64,000 nt of DNA from Eledone cirrhosa. Taxonomy: Eukaryota. Where the stretch lies: the NCBI GenBank assembly GCA_964016885.1, contig OZ024758.1:310001-374000 (forward strand), written 5' to 3'. The number at the start of each line of letters is the position of its first letter. Positions within the stretch are counted from its first letter, which is position 1. The notes beneath the pieces are model-generated. The model ran no database searches. It was not told the DNA's origin and saw only the letters and a list, made by a program, of their open reading frames with translations. Shown here one piece after another: positions 1-12,095 of this stretch. The position numbers and the translations under genes were made by a program.

Positions 1-1057
1 CGACCCCACTGCAAAAACGATATCTATATAACAACCCCACCGTAAAACTACTCTTCCCCACTTTACAAACACTTTATATTATTTGTCATTAAGGTTTCTT
101 AAAATAAATATATATACGTATGTGTAGTAATTAGTACGGAGACTGAGAGAGAAGGGGCGAGTGTGTCTTCATGGAGGGCACATGGGACCAGCAAAGCCCT
201 AAAAGTAGAGACCAGTAAATGAGATAAGGTCCTAGCTATGTTAAGAATATAAATAAGAAACATGTTCTATACATTTAAGAAGACAAGAGAAACATGTTCT
301 AAACATTTAAGAAATAATTATTTACCTCTTTCATGTCGGTAATATAGCGGTGTTATAAAACTAATTATAACGACCGGTGTTAAAATAGAGAGAGATAGAC
401 AGATAAATGTGTGTCACACTCTCACCCTCTCTTTAAATCTTTTACACTATCTAACTCGTACTTCTCACACTCTCTTTAAATCTTTTACTCTATCTACCTC
501 TCATTTCTATCTGTGTATGTATGTATGCATCTGTCTATGTGTAACTCGGTGTACTGGAGCAATATGAAGTGAAGTGTCTTGCTGAAGAAGACATTTTGTG
601 GAGTTATATCATCGTTTCTTGTTATAAAGCTACTTATACTACCGGCGTAACAGTGGCTATAGGTGATAGATGTAGAAATAAAAGGCTGTAACAGCGATAT
701 AAATATAGATGAAATAGTTTACCACGAGACTAAGAATGAATGTTTAATGGAATTAAGTGTAATCTAATAGGAAATAAGAGGCTAGAGCAGCGAAATGTTT
801 ACGTAAAATAAAAGAACAACAAACAAGAGTGCAACATTGAAATTTTTTTTTTTTTTTTTGTCGATATAAGCGTTATTTTATGCGCGATTTGCCTTGCTGC
901 CGGCGCTGCTCAGTCAGTAGCAGCCCCGCTTACGAAGTTCAGGAGCCAACCACTTTACATGGTTCGAATCTCACCCTCTCCGCTCTTGTCGAGTTATCTC
1001 CCACTCTTTTTACTTAGTTCCAGGTCATTAAAATAGAGCAAAGAGGGCGCGGCGATC

Positions 1058-1234
1058 GGCATATGCACTGGCTACAATGTTGAACTTTGGTACTGACTGC
1101 GTAGTTGAACGTTCCATATACCAACCGCCCAACTGGCCAGTCAACCGCATATGCGGCTGGCTGGCCGGTTGGGTAGTTGGCATATGTACTGGCTACCATG
1201 CTGAACATTGTACTGACTGTCAAGTTGAACGTTC
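1058..1234. repeat. 72-bp palindrome (1115-1186) flanked by ~57-bp direct repeats; palindrome copies at 7049-7120 and 16002-16073
   Basis: Arms match at 30/36 positions with no loop. Direct repeats are 1058-1114 and 1179-1234 (GGCATATGYACTGGCTAC...AGTTGAACGTTC). Confidence 0.9.
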
Positions 1235-1754
1235 TAACCCTCTCTTTACATCTATTACTCTATCTACCGCTTATTTCTCCCCCTCTCTTTACTTCTATAA
1301 CTCTATCTCCCACTCTCTTTACATCTATTACAGTGTCTCCCTGTATATATATACACGTATATATGCACTAGATTTTATAAGAAATCTACGTAATAATATA
1401 ATTAACAATAGTTGATGAATTAGACCAGAGTTAATTAAACAATAAATATGAATGAAATAGCAGTAGATGGCGAAACTTGAGTGTTGTGTGTGCATACATA
1501 TATATGAGGTAAACTGGTTCAAATACTGTCAGGATTATATTGGATCAAAGACTGTATTAAATAGAAAGTAAAAAATGAAGTGAAAATATAAAAACAAACT
1601 GAAAATTTCCCCATCTCTAGAAAAATTCATATCTTGTTATATATAGATACTTGGCGCTTTAAATTGAATAAATATTCATTTATATATATATATATATGTA
1701 TATATATATGTACACTGATATATATGTGTGTATATATATATGTGTATATATATA

Positions 1755-1789
<35 letters not shown>

Positions 1790-1793
<4 letters not shown>

Positions 1794-2338
1794 ACTTCAT
1801 CATACGTCCGCTTTTCCATGCTTGCAAGGGTGGGGTGGGAGCTGATTCTGGATTGGTTTCTACAGCTGGGTGCCCTTCCTGACGCCAACCCCGTTTGCAG
1901 TGAGTGCTGGGTGCTTTTTTTTTTCCGTGGCACCTCCACGTCAGCTTTACAGTGTGGGCTGGGTGCTTTTTTGCCGCGGCGCCTCCACGACCACTTTGCG
2001 GTGGGGTGGTGGGGTGGTATGTGTATACCCAGCCCATTGTCATTTGCCACACAGAAAAGCTTATAGCATCGTTCTTTACCCACGATGAATCTAGCAGACC
2101 CACCCCTCCACCTGGTCTCTTGAATACAACAAACATCGACCTCCTTACGTTCAAGCATTTCTACAACCTCGTTAGAGCCACCCTATAAGGTGCCTACATT
2201 AATGGTACCAACTCTGAAGTTTTGGATTGCGTTTGGAGGTTGGGAGCGGTGGGGAGCGGGGATGGGGTTAGGGTTAGCCATCCGCGGCCGAAACAAAGAG
2301 GAGGAGCCCTTGCATTCTCGTCCATGAGGTGGATTTGT
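1790..2338 (-). mobile_element. Internally deleted (bipartite) non-autonomous RTE derivative; copies at 7714-8262 and 16697-17135
   Basis: The APE endonuclease N-terminus (VDVCCIQETRWRGGSA) is joined directly to an RTE 3' UTR like that at 11830-12095. Confidence 0.8.
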
Positions 2339-2342
2339 CTTT

Positions 2343-2885
2343 ATGTATGTATATGTATATATGTATGTATGTGTGTGTATGTATGTATATGTATATATGA
2401 GTGTATATGTGTATATGTATGTATATGTATGTGTATGTATGTGTATATATGTGTATATGTATGTGTTTGTATATATGTGTGTGTTTGTATATATGTGTGT
2501 GTATGTATATATGTGTGTGTATGTATATATATATGTATGTATGTGTATATGTATGTATGTGTATATGTATATATGTATGTATATGTGTGTATGTATGTAT
2601 ATATGTATGTATGTGTATATATGAATGTATATGTATATATGTATGTATGTATATGTATATATACGTGTGTATATGTATATATACTTATGTGTATATGCTT
2701 ATGTATGTGTATGTATGTATATTTATATTATGTATATATATATATGTATGTATGTGTATGTATGTATATATATGTATGTATATGTGTATGTATGTGTGTG
2801 TATGTATGTATGTGTATATATGTATGTATGTATATATATATGTATGTATATGTATGTGTATGTGTATGTATATGTATATGTATAT
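2343..2885. repeat. Compound (TATG/TA/TG)n microsatellite; also 8267-8785 and 17970-18400
   Basis: Directly visible simple repeat; it produces the spurious MYVCIY ORFs. Confidence 0.95.
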
Positions 2886-3213
2886 GGAGGCACATGGCTT
2901 TGTGGTTCGAGCATTGGCCTGGCAATCGAAAGGTTGTGAGTTCAATTCTCAGACCGGGTGATGTGTTGTTTCCTTGAGCAAGACACTTTATTTCACATTG
3001 CTCCAGTTTACTCAGCTGTAGAAATGAGATGATAGGGACTGGGGTCCATATCATTCCACTGCAAAGTGGTCGTGGAGGTGCCACGGCAAAAAAGCACTCA
3101 GCACTCACTGTAAATGAGCTTGGTGTTAGGAAGGGCATCCAGCTGTAGAAATCAAGCCAGAATCAGTTCCCGTCCCACCCTTGCAAGCAGGGAAAAAGCG
3201 GACTTAAAACGAA

Positions 3214-3249
<36 letters not shown>
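2886..3249 (+). mobile_element. tRNA-headed CORE-SINE with RTE-derived tail and (GAT)n end
   Basis: A box TGGCTTTGTGG, B box GAGTTCAATTC, MIR-like core CCTTGAGCAAGACACTT...CAGTTTACTCAGCTGTAGAAATG, and a tail shared with the RTE 3' UTR. Confidence 0.85.
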
Positions 3250-3299
3250 TATGTATGTATGTGTATATGTATGTATGTATGTATATGTATGTATGTGTA

Positions 3300-3800
3300 T
3301 GAGATGCAGTTTGGTTTTGTGCCGCTGATGCCACAGATGCCCTCTTCTTAGTGAGACAACTACAAAAGAGGTTCTTAGAGAAAAATAAGCCACTATACTT
3401 AGCTTTGGACATAGAGAAGGCTTTTGATAGAGAACTCTTATAAATGACAACATATATATATGTGTGTGTATATATATGTTTTTTTTAAAACTATATATTT
3501 ATTACTCCCTTAAGCAGAAGAAATATATTCCCAGATATCGAAGATTACCACAATAACTAGGGAGCGGAAGTCAATAGATGCTGGACATTGCTGCTGAGGG
3601 TAGGATGACCTGATGAGCTGGCTCCTGTGGTGGATACCTAAACATAGTAAGACCCAAGTGGGATGACTGAGGTTCACCTACATACATCAGATGTCTCTGG
3701 ATCTCCAGCTGGAGATTAATGATCTCAGGAATGCCATGAAAAATCGTGACATCTAAAAAAGAAGAGTAGAATTGTTCTGGCCAATCCACCTGACCTAATA
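3300..3800 (+). mobile_element. Degenerate LINE fragments (RTE RT piece 3300-3440, LINE C-terminus 3500-3800); copy at ~12250-12750
   Basis: Translates to EMQFGFVP..TDALFLVRQLQKRFL..LALDIEKAFD and to AGHC..LLWW.PKH..LRNAMKNRDI with stop codons. Confidence 0.7.
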
Positions 3801-3884
3801 AACAATAATAATATTAATATATATTGATGAAAATTAATTATGGTGAAATATCTTAGAAATCATTCTCAGAGGTTTTGTATTGTA

Positions 3885-5889
3885 ATCCACACTTGCTCCT
3901 TGTGGCTTCTGATGCAGACATCATGTCCGCCATCAGGTCCTTCCCAGCTAGCAGCTGCGGAGATGTTGATGGTCTCTGACCAGGCCTCCTCAAGGAGTTG
4001 ATATCTCCCCTCTCCGCTGAGGCCGGGCGCCGCCTTCTGGGTGCAATTGTGGCGCTCACCAATAGGCTCATCCATGGCGCCCTGGACTCTTATGCTCGAG
4101 GCCTCTTTTTTTCGGCCAGCCTCACCGCTCTCAGGAAGAAAGAGGATGGCATACGCCCCATTGCTGTGGGCAATGTCTTCCGGAGGCTGGCTGCCAAGGT
4201 AATCTGCAAGTCCGTAACACTCGGAACCGGCATCCAGGGCCTCCAGCCACCTCATTGTCAAGTTTGACATGAGGAAGGCCTTCAACTCTTTACGCTGGGA
4301 TCATCTGCTCGAGGCCTGCCTCAGCCGAGCCCCCTCTGCCTACCTGTCATATGGAGCCCCAAGCATGCGCCATGCTGCTGATACGGTCATACCCTTGGCT
4401 ACTGGGATCCAACAGGGCAACCCTTTGGGACCCCTCCTGTTCACCCTTGGTATTGACCACATCGCCCGGAGTATAACGGCCTCTCTCAACGTTTGGTATC
4501 TGGATGATGCTAGTTTGGGTGGGCCCGTACAGGCGGTCTGCCATGACCTTCAATCGGTGGTTCCTGCCCTGGCGGGAATCGACCTCCAGGTCAACTCAGC
4601 CAAGTCGGAGGTGGTGAATGTCAGCCTCGATGCTGCAAGCTTTGCAGTCTCCGTCTTGGACGTGCGGTCCATTCTCCGCCAGGTTCAGGTGACCCCCAAA
4701 GAGGATGCCCTCACCGATCCACCCGCCGGCCATCCGCTCCTCCATCAAGTCCAGACTATCACGAGCCGACTGGGCTTGATTGATGGCCACCCAGTTCTCT
4801 TTCTGCTGAGGAACTGCTACGCCATGCCGAAGCTCCTCTATACACTCTGTGCTACACCTAAACTTGTATCCGAGCAGCAGCCGATGAGATATGCAACTTT
4901 ACCTGTCAGGTATGGCGGCCTTCGCCTCCAGTCCCCGATCTCACTAGCTTTGCCGGCATATCTTTCGTCGGTAACCTCGTACCACGTCCTCCTCAGCAGG
5001 GTTCTTCAAAACACAACAGAACCCTCTGTGTTCAGAGAACGCGTGGCCGCCTGTGAGACGTGGGACCGGCTGGGACTTAGCCCAGTAGACGTTCCTCCTC
5101 CTTCTCCCCCTGTTGACGTCAAGTCCCCCCCAACACACTTGGGATGCCATCCAGTGCAGCCTGGCCTCAGACAGGCTCACGCGCCAGCTCGACCAGCACC
5201 GCCTTGTTTGTTTTCGTGCAGCCTCCAAACCCCACAGTGGGGCCTGGCTCCATGCCCTGCCCTCCTTCTCCACTCGCACGCAGCTAGACAACAATAGCTT
5301 GCGCATCGGCGTTTCCCTGAGGCTCGGCCTCACACCAATGTCGCTGCCGTTCCAAAATGGACTCTTTCGGCCTCCACCCGCTTTCCTGTCGCCACAGTGC
5401 CAGCCGCAATCCACGCCATGCTGCCCTCAACGAAGTCATTAAGCATAGCTTGGACGCTGCAGGCTTCCCTTCCCAGCTCGAGGGGACGGCAAAAGGCTAG
5501 ATGGCATGACCATCTTCCCGTTCCGCGGTGGCAAACCCCTCGTCTGGGATGCCACTTGCACCGACACTTTCTGCAGCCGCAACCTGGTGCAGTCTGCGAC
5601 TGGCCCAGGTTCTGCTGCACGTCAGGCTGAGGGGGCCAAACTCCTCACATATCGTTCACTCTCCGACAGGTTTGCGGTCGTACCCCTGGAAGTGGAGACT
5701 TCTGGTGTCCTCGGCCCCAGGGCTACCTCCTTACTCACCACCATAGGCGCTGAGCTGGCCAGCCGCAGGTGTGAGCCCCGCGAGTTGGAGTGGCTTTTCC
5801 AGCGCGTGTCCCTTGCCGTGCTCCGGGGAAACGCCTTCTCCATTCTGTCCGCCGGGGCTGTGGGTGGGCCCCATCGCGTACCGTTATGA
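3885..5889 (+). mobile_element. CRE-clade non-LTR retrotransposon (RT plus restriction-like endonuclease), 5'-truncated and frameshifted
   Basis: RT motifs GIRPIAVGNVFRRL, AFNSL, GIQQGNPLGPLLF and WYLDD. The RLE region DG.TIFPFRGGKPLVWDATC...VPLEVETSGVLG...WLFQRVSLAVLRGNA is typical of CRE elements. Confidence 0.85.
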
Positions 5890-8800
5890 ATGTATACAAA
5901 ACAACTAAATCTCTTAAATAACTTCACTTATATCCAAAACATGATTTGTATATACATCAACAGTGACTCATTATTATACGCCAGTCACGACCCCACTGCA
6001 AACACGATATCTATATAACAACCCCACCGTAAAACTACTCTTCCCCACTTTACAAACACTTTATATTATTTGTCATTAAGGTTTCTTAAAATAAATATAT
6101 ATACGTATGTGTAGTAATTAGTACAGGGACGAGTGTGTCTTGGTGGAGGGCACATGGGACCAGCAAAGTCCTAAAAGTAGAGACCAGTAAATGAGATAAG
6201 GTCGTAGCTATGTTAAGAATATACATAAGAAACATGTTCTAAACATTTAAGAAATAATTATTTACCTCTTTCATGTCGGTAATATAGCGGTGTTATAAAA
6301 CTAATTATAACGACCGGTGTTAAAATAGAGAGAGATAGACAGATAAATGTGTGTCACACTCTCACCCTCTCTTTAAATCTTTTACACTATCTAACTCGTA
6401 CTTCTCACACTCTCTTTAAATCTTTTACTCTATCTACCTCTCATTTCTATCTGTGTATGTATGTATGTATCTGTCTATGTGTAACTCGTGTACTGGAGCA
6501 ATATGAAGTGAAGTGTCTTGCTGAAGAAGACATTTTGTGGAGTTATATCATCGTTTCTTGTTATAAAGCTACTTATACTACCGGCGTAACAGTGGCTATA
6601 GGTGATAGATGTAGAAATAAAAGGCTGTAACAGCGATATAAATATAGATGAAATAGTTTACCACGAGACTAAGAATGAATGTTTAATGGAATTAAGTGTA
6701 ATCTAATAGGAAATAAGAGGCTAGAGCAGCGAAATGTTTACGTAAAATAAAAGAACAACAAACAAGAGTGCAACATTGAAATTTTTTTTTTTTGTCGATA
6801 TAAGCGTTATTTTATGCGCGATTTGCCTTGCTGCCGGCGCTGCTCAGTCAGTAGCAGCCCCGCTTACGAAGTTCAGGAGCCAACCACTTTACATGGTTCG
6901 AATCTCACCCTCTCCGCTCTTGTCGAGTTATCTCCCACTCTTTTTACTTAGTTCCAGGTCATTAAAATAGAGCAAAGAGGGCGCGGCGATCGGCATATGC
7001 ACTGGCTACAATGTTGAACTTTGGTACTGACTGCGTAGTTGAACGTTCCATATACCAACCGCCCAACTGGCCAGTCAACCGCATATGCGGCTGGCTGGCC
7101 GGTTGGGTAGTTGGCATATGTACTGGCTACCATGCTGAACATTGTACTGACTGTCAAGTTGAACGTTCTAACCCTCTCTTTACATCTATTACTCTATCTA
7201 CCGCTTATTTCTCCCCCTCTCTTTACTTCTATAACTCTATCTCCCACTCTCTTTACATCTATTACAGTGTCTCCCTGTATATATATACACGTATATATGC
7301 ACTAGATTTTATAAGAAATCTACGTAATAATATAATTAACAATAGTTGATGAATTAGACCAGAGTTAATTAAACAATAAATATGAATGAAATAGCAGTAG
7401 ATGGCGAAACTTGAGTGTTGTGTGTGCATACATATATATGAGGTAAACTGGTTCAAATACTGTCAGGATTATATTGGATCAAAGACTGTATTAAATAGAA
7501 AGTAAAAAATGAAGTGAAAATATAAAAACAAACTGAAAATTTCCCCATCTCTAAAAAAATTCATATCTTGTTATATATAGATAATTGGCGCTTTAAATTG
7601 AATAAATATTCATTTATATATATATATATGTATATATATATGTACACTGATATATATGTGTGTATATATATATGTGTATATATATACTAATATATATATA
7701 TATATATATATATATCAACTTCATCATACGTCCGCTTTTCCATGCTTGCAAGGGTGGGGTGGGAGCTGATTCTGGATTGGTTTCTACAGCTGGGTGCCCT
7801 TCCTGACGCCAACCCCGTTTGCAGTGAGTGCTGGGTGCTTTTTTTTTTCCGTGGCACCTCCACGTCAGCTTTACAGTGTGGGCTGGGTGCTTTTTTGCCG
7901 CGGCGCCTCCACGACCACTTTGCGGTGGGGTGGTGGGGTGGTATGTGTATACCCAGCCCATTGTCATTTGCCACACAGAAAAGCTTATAGCATCGTTCTT
8001 TACCCACGATGAATCTAGCAGACCCACCCCTCCACCTGGTCTCTTGAATACAACAAACATCGACCTCCTTACGTTCAAGCATTTCTACAACCTCGTTAGA
8101 GCCACCCTATAAGGTGCCTACATTAATGGTACCAACTCTGAAGTTTTGGATTGCGTTTGGAGGTTGGGAGCGGTGGGGAGCGGGGATGGGGTTAGGGTTA
8201 GCCATCCGCGGCCGAAACAAAGAGGAGGAGCCCTTGCATTCTCGTCCATGAGGTGGATTTGTCTTTATGTATGTATATGTATATATGTATGTATGTGTGT
8301 GTATGTATGTATATGTATATATGAGTGTATATGTGTATATGTATGTATATGTATGTGTATGTATGTGTATATATGTGTATATGTATGTGTTTGTATATAT
8401 GTGTGTGTATGTATATATGTGTGTGTATGTATATATATATGTATGTATGTGTATATGTATGTATGTGTATATGTATATATGTATGTATATGTGTGTATGT
8501 ATGTATATATGTATGTATGTGTATATATGAATGTATATGTATATATGTATGTATGTATATGTATATATACGTGTGTATATGTATATATACTTATGTGTAT
8601 ATGCTTATGCATGTGTATGTATGTATATTTATATTATGTATATATATATATGTATGTATGTGTATGTATGTATATATATGTATGTATATGTGTATGTATG
8701 TGTGTGTATGTATGTATGTGTATATATGTATGTATGTATATATATATGTATGTATATGTATGTGTATGTGTATGTATATGTATATGGAGGCACATGGCTT

Positions 8801-9066
8801 TGTGGTTCGAGCATTGGCCTGGCAATCGAAAGGTTGTGAGTTCAATTCTCAGACCGGGTGATGTGTTGTTTCCTTGAGCAAGACACTTTATTTCACATTG
8901 CTCCAGTTTACTCAGCTGTAGAAATGAGATGATAGGGACTGGGGTCCATATCATTCCACTGCAAAGTGGTCGTGGAGGTGCCACGGCAAAAAAGCACTCA
9001 GCACTCACTGTAAATGAGCTTGGTGTTAGGAAGGGCATCCAGCTGTAGAAATCAAGCCAGAATCAG

Positions 9067-12000
9067 CTTACGCACCCCAATCGGGGCTGCCAGACGAACT
9101 TAAGGATAGGTTTTACGAGTCCCTAATACACACTACTGCTCTAACAGACGACAAGGACTTCCTAATCATTGCAGGAGATTTTAACGGACACGTAGGTAAA
9201 CACTGCGACGGCTTCAATAGAGTACATGGAGGCCATGGAGTTGGCACAAGGAATGAGGAAGGATTCAGACTTCTAGAATTCTGCGACGCCAATGACATGT
9301 CGATATGTAACACAAACTTTAAAAAACCCGACAACCACCTGATCACCTATAGATCAGGGGAGCACTCTAGTCAGTTAGATTTTATCCTCATCAGAGGACG
9401 TGACAGATGGACGGTCGTAAACACAAAAGCCTTCCCTAGTGAGGAATGTACATCCCAACATAGCTTAGTTGTCAGCGACCTCACGGTCAGAACTAGACGA
9501 GCCCTGAAACAGAGGCCAACCTGGAGAAGAAAGATCTGGAAGCTGAAAGTCCCCTCAACCAGTAACAGATTTAAAGATATTTTACTCAACGCCTACGACA
9601 GTAAAGAAGAACAGATAGAGACATTTAACGTAGAAGAGAACTGGGAGTTCCTAAAAAATAACTTACTAGAGGCGACGGATGAGGTTTGTGGCTGGAGTAA
9701 GACCTCAAGCAGGAGGAGAGTGACTTGGTGGTGGAACAATAAGGTAGATGAAGCAGTCAAGGCCAAGAGAGAGGCATGGAAAGAATGGAAGAACGGGGGG
9801 AGCAGGGTACATTACATAGAGACCAAGAGGGAAGCTAGGCGACAAGTATACTTAGCTAGGAGGGAAGCAGAGGATAGAAAATTCAAGCATGTTTTACAAC
9901 GTGAGGACCAGAAACAGGAGGTATTCAAGATTGCGAGGCAGTGTGTCAGAGATAGTTGTGATGTCATTGGAGAGAAGTGTATCCGGAATGATAAAGGTGA
10001 GCTTGCCCTCACAAGTGCTGAGAAGAAAGATGCATGGAAGAGTCATTATGATAGATTACTAAATGAGGAGAATGCATGGGAAGAAGAGACCCTACCCCAC
10101 GTAGACCCTATAGAGGGACCAGCAGTACAAGTCAGCGGCAGCGTAGTAAGTAAGGCAATCAGAGATATGAAGATAGGGAAGGCAACCGGTCCATCGGGTA
10201 TAGCTGCCGAGATGCTGAAGGCATCTGGGTCTGTAGGTCACACTATAACCACACGTATCGTTAACCAGGTAATACTAGAGGGGGCCATACCAAAAGATTG
10301 GTGCAGTAGCATCATTGTCAACTGCTACAAAGGTAAAGGCGATGCACTAGATAGAGGAAACTATAGAGGTATAAAGTTGATGGACCAGGTCATGAAAGTA
10401 ACAGAAAGAGTTATAGCACAGCTGATTAGGGACCGGGTGAATATAGACGAGATGCAATTTGGGTTTGTTCCAGGGAAAGGCACCACTGATGCGCTCTTCC
10501 TTGTGAGGCAATTACAGGAAAAGTACCTAGCTAAAAGTAAGCCACTCTACTTGGCATTTGTCGACCTTGAGAAAGCCTTTGACAGAGTTCCACGTGCAGT
10601 AATCTGGTGGGCTCTTAGAAAACTAGGAGTAGATGAATGGCTTGTGAAAGCGGTACAAGCCATGTATAGGGGAGCAGTCAGCAAAGTTAGGATTGGCAAT
10701 GAGTATAGCGAGGAATTTAGCGTACAGGTTGGGGTCCACCAGGGCTCTGTTCTTAGCCCTCTCCTGTTCATCATAGTCCTGCAGGCAATAACGGAGGAGT
10801 TTAAGACCGGATGCCCATGGGAACTCCTGTATGCTGATGACCTCGCACTCATAGCTGAATCTATGGTAGAACTAGAGAATAAATTCCAAACCTGGAAGCA
10901 GGGACTAGAGAGAAAGGGCCTCAAAGTCAACATGACAAAGACTAAGGTCCTTATAAGTAGACGAGAAAACAGAACCCAGATCCCCTCAGGGAAATGGCCT
11001 TGCTCAGTATGTAGGAAAGGTGTAGGTAGGAACTCCATTCTTTGCCCCAAATGCAAACAATGGGTACACAAGAGATGTAGCGGGATCTCAGGAAGCTTAA
11101 TTAAGAATGTAGGATTCACATGCAGCAGCTGTGCTGAAACAGCAAGCAAACAGCCACAGGAAACAAGTACCACCAATCTCTGGGAGGGCCCTGTAGAAAC
11201 AGTAGACAGCTTCTGCTACCTAGGTGACCGAATTAGCAACGGAGGTGTGTGCTCAGAAAGTACAATAACTAGGGTAAGAACGGGATGGAAGAAGTTTAGG
11301 GAACTACTACCACTGCTAGCTGCAAAAGGCTTCTCCCTCAGAATGAAAGGCAGACTGTATGATGCGTGTATCCGAACAGCGATGTTGCATGGTAGTGAGA
11401 CCTGGGCGCTGAAGGTGGAAGACTTACGTAGATTAGAGAGAAACGAAGCCTGCATGCTCCGATGGATGTGTAACAGTAATATACGTGAACGACAAAGCAT
11501 AAATGAATTGAGAGAGAGACTGAGCATAAGAGGAATCAAATGCTGCGTGCAGGAGAGGCGGTTACGCTGGTATGGACATGTGATGCGTATGAAGGATGAC
11601 AGCTGCATAAAAAGGTGCAGAGCACTAGAAGTTGATGGAAACCGCGGAGTGGGGAGACCCAAGATGACTTGGGATGAGGTGATAAAAGCCGACCTTACCC
11701 AACTACACCTCTCAAAGTCAATGACACACGACCGTGACTTCTGGCGTCACGCAGTAATACAGGGTACCCGACCTCCCATGGGTACATGCTGAAGCATATA
11801 AACAACATGCCCCCCCCCCCCCCCCCCACCGCAAGGTGGTCGTGGAGGTGCCACGGCAAAAAAGCACCCAGCCCACACTGTAAAGTGGACGTGTAGGCGC
11901 CACGAAAAAGCACCCAGCACTCACTGTAAATGAGGTTGGTGTTAGGAAGGGCATCCAGCTGTAGAAATCAAGCCAGATCAGTTCCTGTATGAGCAAGGCA

Positions 12001-12095
12001 TGGTCAGCCGACCAGACACTGCCCACAACAGGACAACCCGTCTAACCCATGCTAGCGTGGAAGAACGGACGTAAAACGGTGATGATGATGATGAT
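9067..12095 (+). mobile_element. Young 5'-truncated RTE-clade LINE, TSD GAATCAG (9060-9066 / 12096-12102)
   Basis: Empty site is present in units 1 and 3. The element ends in (GAT)n and the reading frame is uninterrupted from 9063. Confidence 0.92.
9297..11792 (+). CDS. RTE LINE ORF: C-terminal half of APE endonuclease, reverse transcriptase and PHD-like Cys-rich finger (open in frame from 9063)
   Basis: SAYAPQ, IIAGDFNGHVG, SQLDFIL; YRGIKL, QFGF, FVDLEKAFD, GVHQGSVLSPLLF, LLYADD; CSVC..CPKC...H..C...CSSC. Confidence 0.92.
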   Translation: MSICNTNFKKPDNHLITYRSGEHSSQLDFILIRGRDRWTVVNTKAFPSEECTSQHSLVVSDLTVRTRRALKQRPTWRRKIWKLKVPSTSNRFKDILLNAYDSKEEQIETFNVEENWEFLKNNLLEATDEVCGWSKTSSRRRVTWWWNNKVDEAVKAKREAWKEWKNGGSRVHYIETKREARRQVYLARREAEDRKFKHVLQREDQKQEVFKIARQCVRDSCDVIGEKCIRNDKGELALTSAEKKDAWKSHYDRLLNEENAWEEETLPHVDPIEGPAVQVSGSVVSKAIRDMKIGKATGPSGIAAEMLKASGSVGHTITTRIVNQVILEGAIPKDWCSSIIVNCYKGKGDALDRGNYRGIKLMDQVMKVTERVIAQLIRDRVNIDEMQFGFVPGKGTTDALFLVRQLQEKYLAKSKPLYLAFVDLEKAFDRVPRAVIWWALRKLGVDEWLVKAVQAMYRGAVSKVRIGNEYSEEFSVQVGVHQGSVLSPLLFIIVLQAITEEFKTGCPWELLYADDLALIAESMVELENKFQTWKQGLERKGLKVNMTKTKVLISRRENRTQIPSGKWPCSVCRKGVGRNSILCPKCKQWVHKRCSGISGSLIKNVGFTCSSCAETASKQPQETSTTNLWEGPVETVDSFCYLGDRISNGGVCSESTITRVRTGWKKFRELLPLLAAKGFSLRMKGRLYDACIRTAMLHGSETWALKVEDLRRLERNEACMLRWMCNSNIRERQSINELRERLSIRGIKCCVQERRLRWYGHVMRMKDDSCIKRCRALEVDGNRGVGRPKMTWDEVIKADLTQLHLSKSMTHDRDFWRHAVIQGTRPPMGTC

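Larger units (their letters stand above)
1..5987. repeat. Segmental tandem duplication, unit 1 (~6 kb)
   Basis: The sequence starting CGACCCCACTGCAAA recurs at 5988 and 14940, and the ORF track repeats at fixed offsets. Confidence 0.95.

Noticed and set aside
895-985. tRNA-Ser-like 3' end GGTTCGAATCTCACCCTCTCCGC
   Set aside because: The T-stem and acceptor stem do not pair, and CTCACCCTCTC also occurs in the local CT-rich repeats.
2264-2277. Telomeric GGGTTAGGGTTAG
   Set aside because: Only two units, inside an RTE-derived element.
2886-2960. tRNA gene
   Set aside because: It is a SINE head that runs into the CORE domain and RTE tail.
2222-2977. Long ORFs rich in M/Y/V/C/I (also near 8146, 17839, 48342, 56141, 61973)
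   Set aside because: Translations of stop-free microsatellites.
1-5987. Spliced-leader, U snRNA or 5S gene array targeted by CRE
   Set aside because: No recognisable U1/U2/U4/U5/U6/5S sequence or SL donor plus Sm site was seen, and the CRE copies share the same lesions, so they were duplicated passively.
10547-11662. Antisense ORFs over the RTE (and similarly over the CRE and Dong elements)
   Set aside because: Shadow frames of retrotransposon coding sequence.
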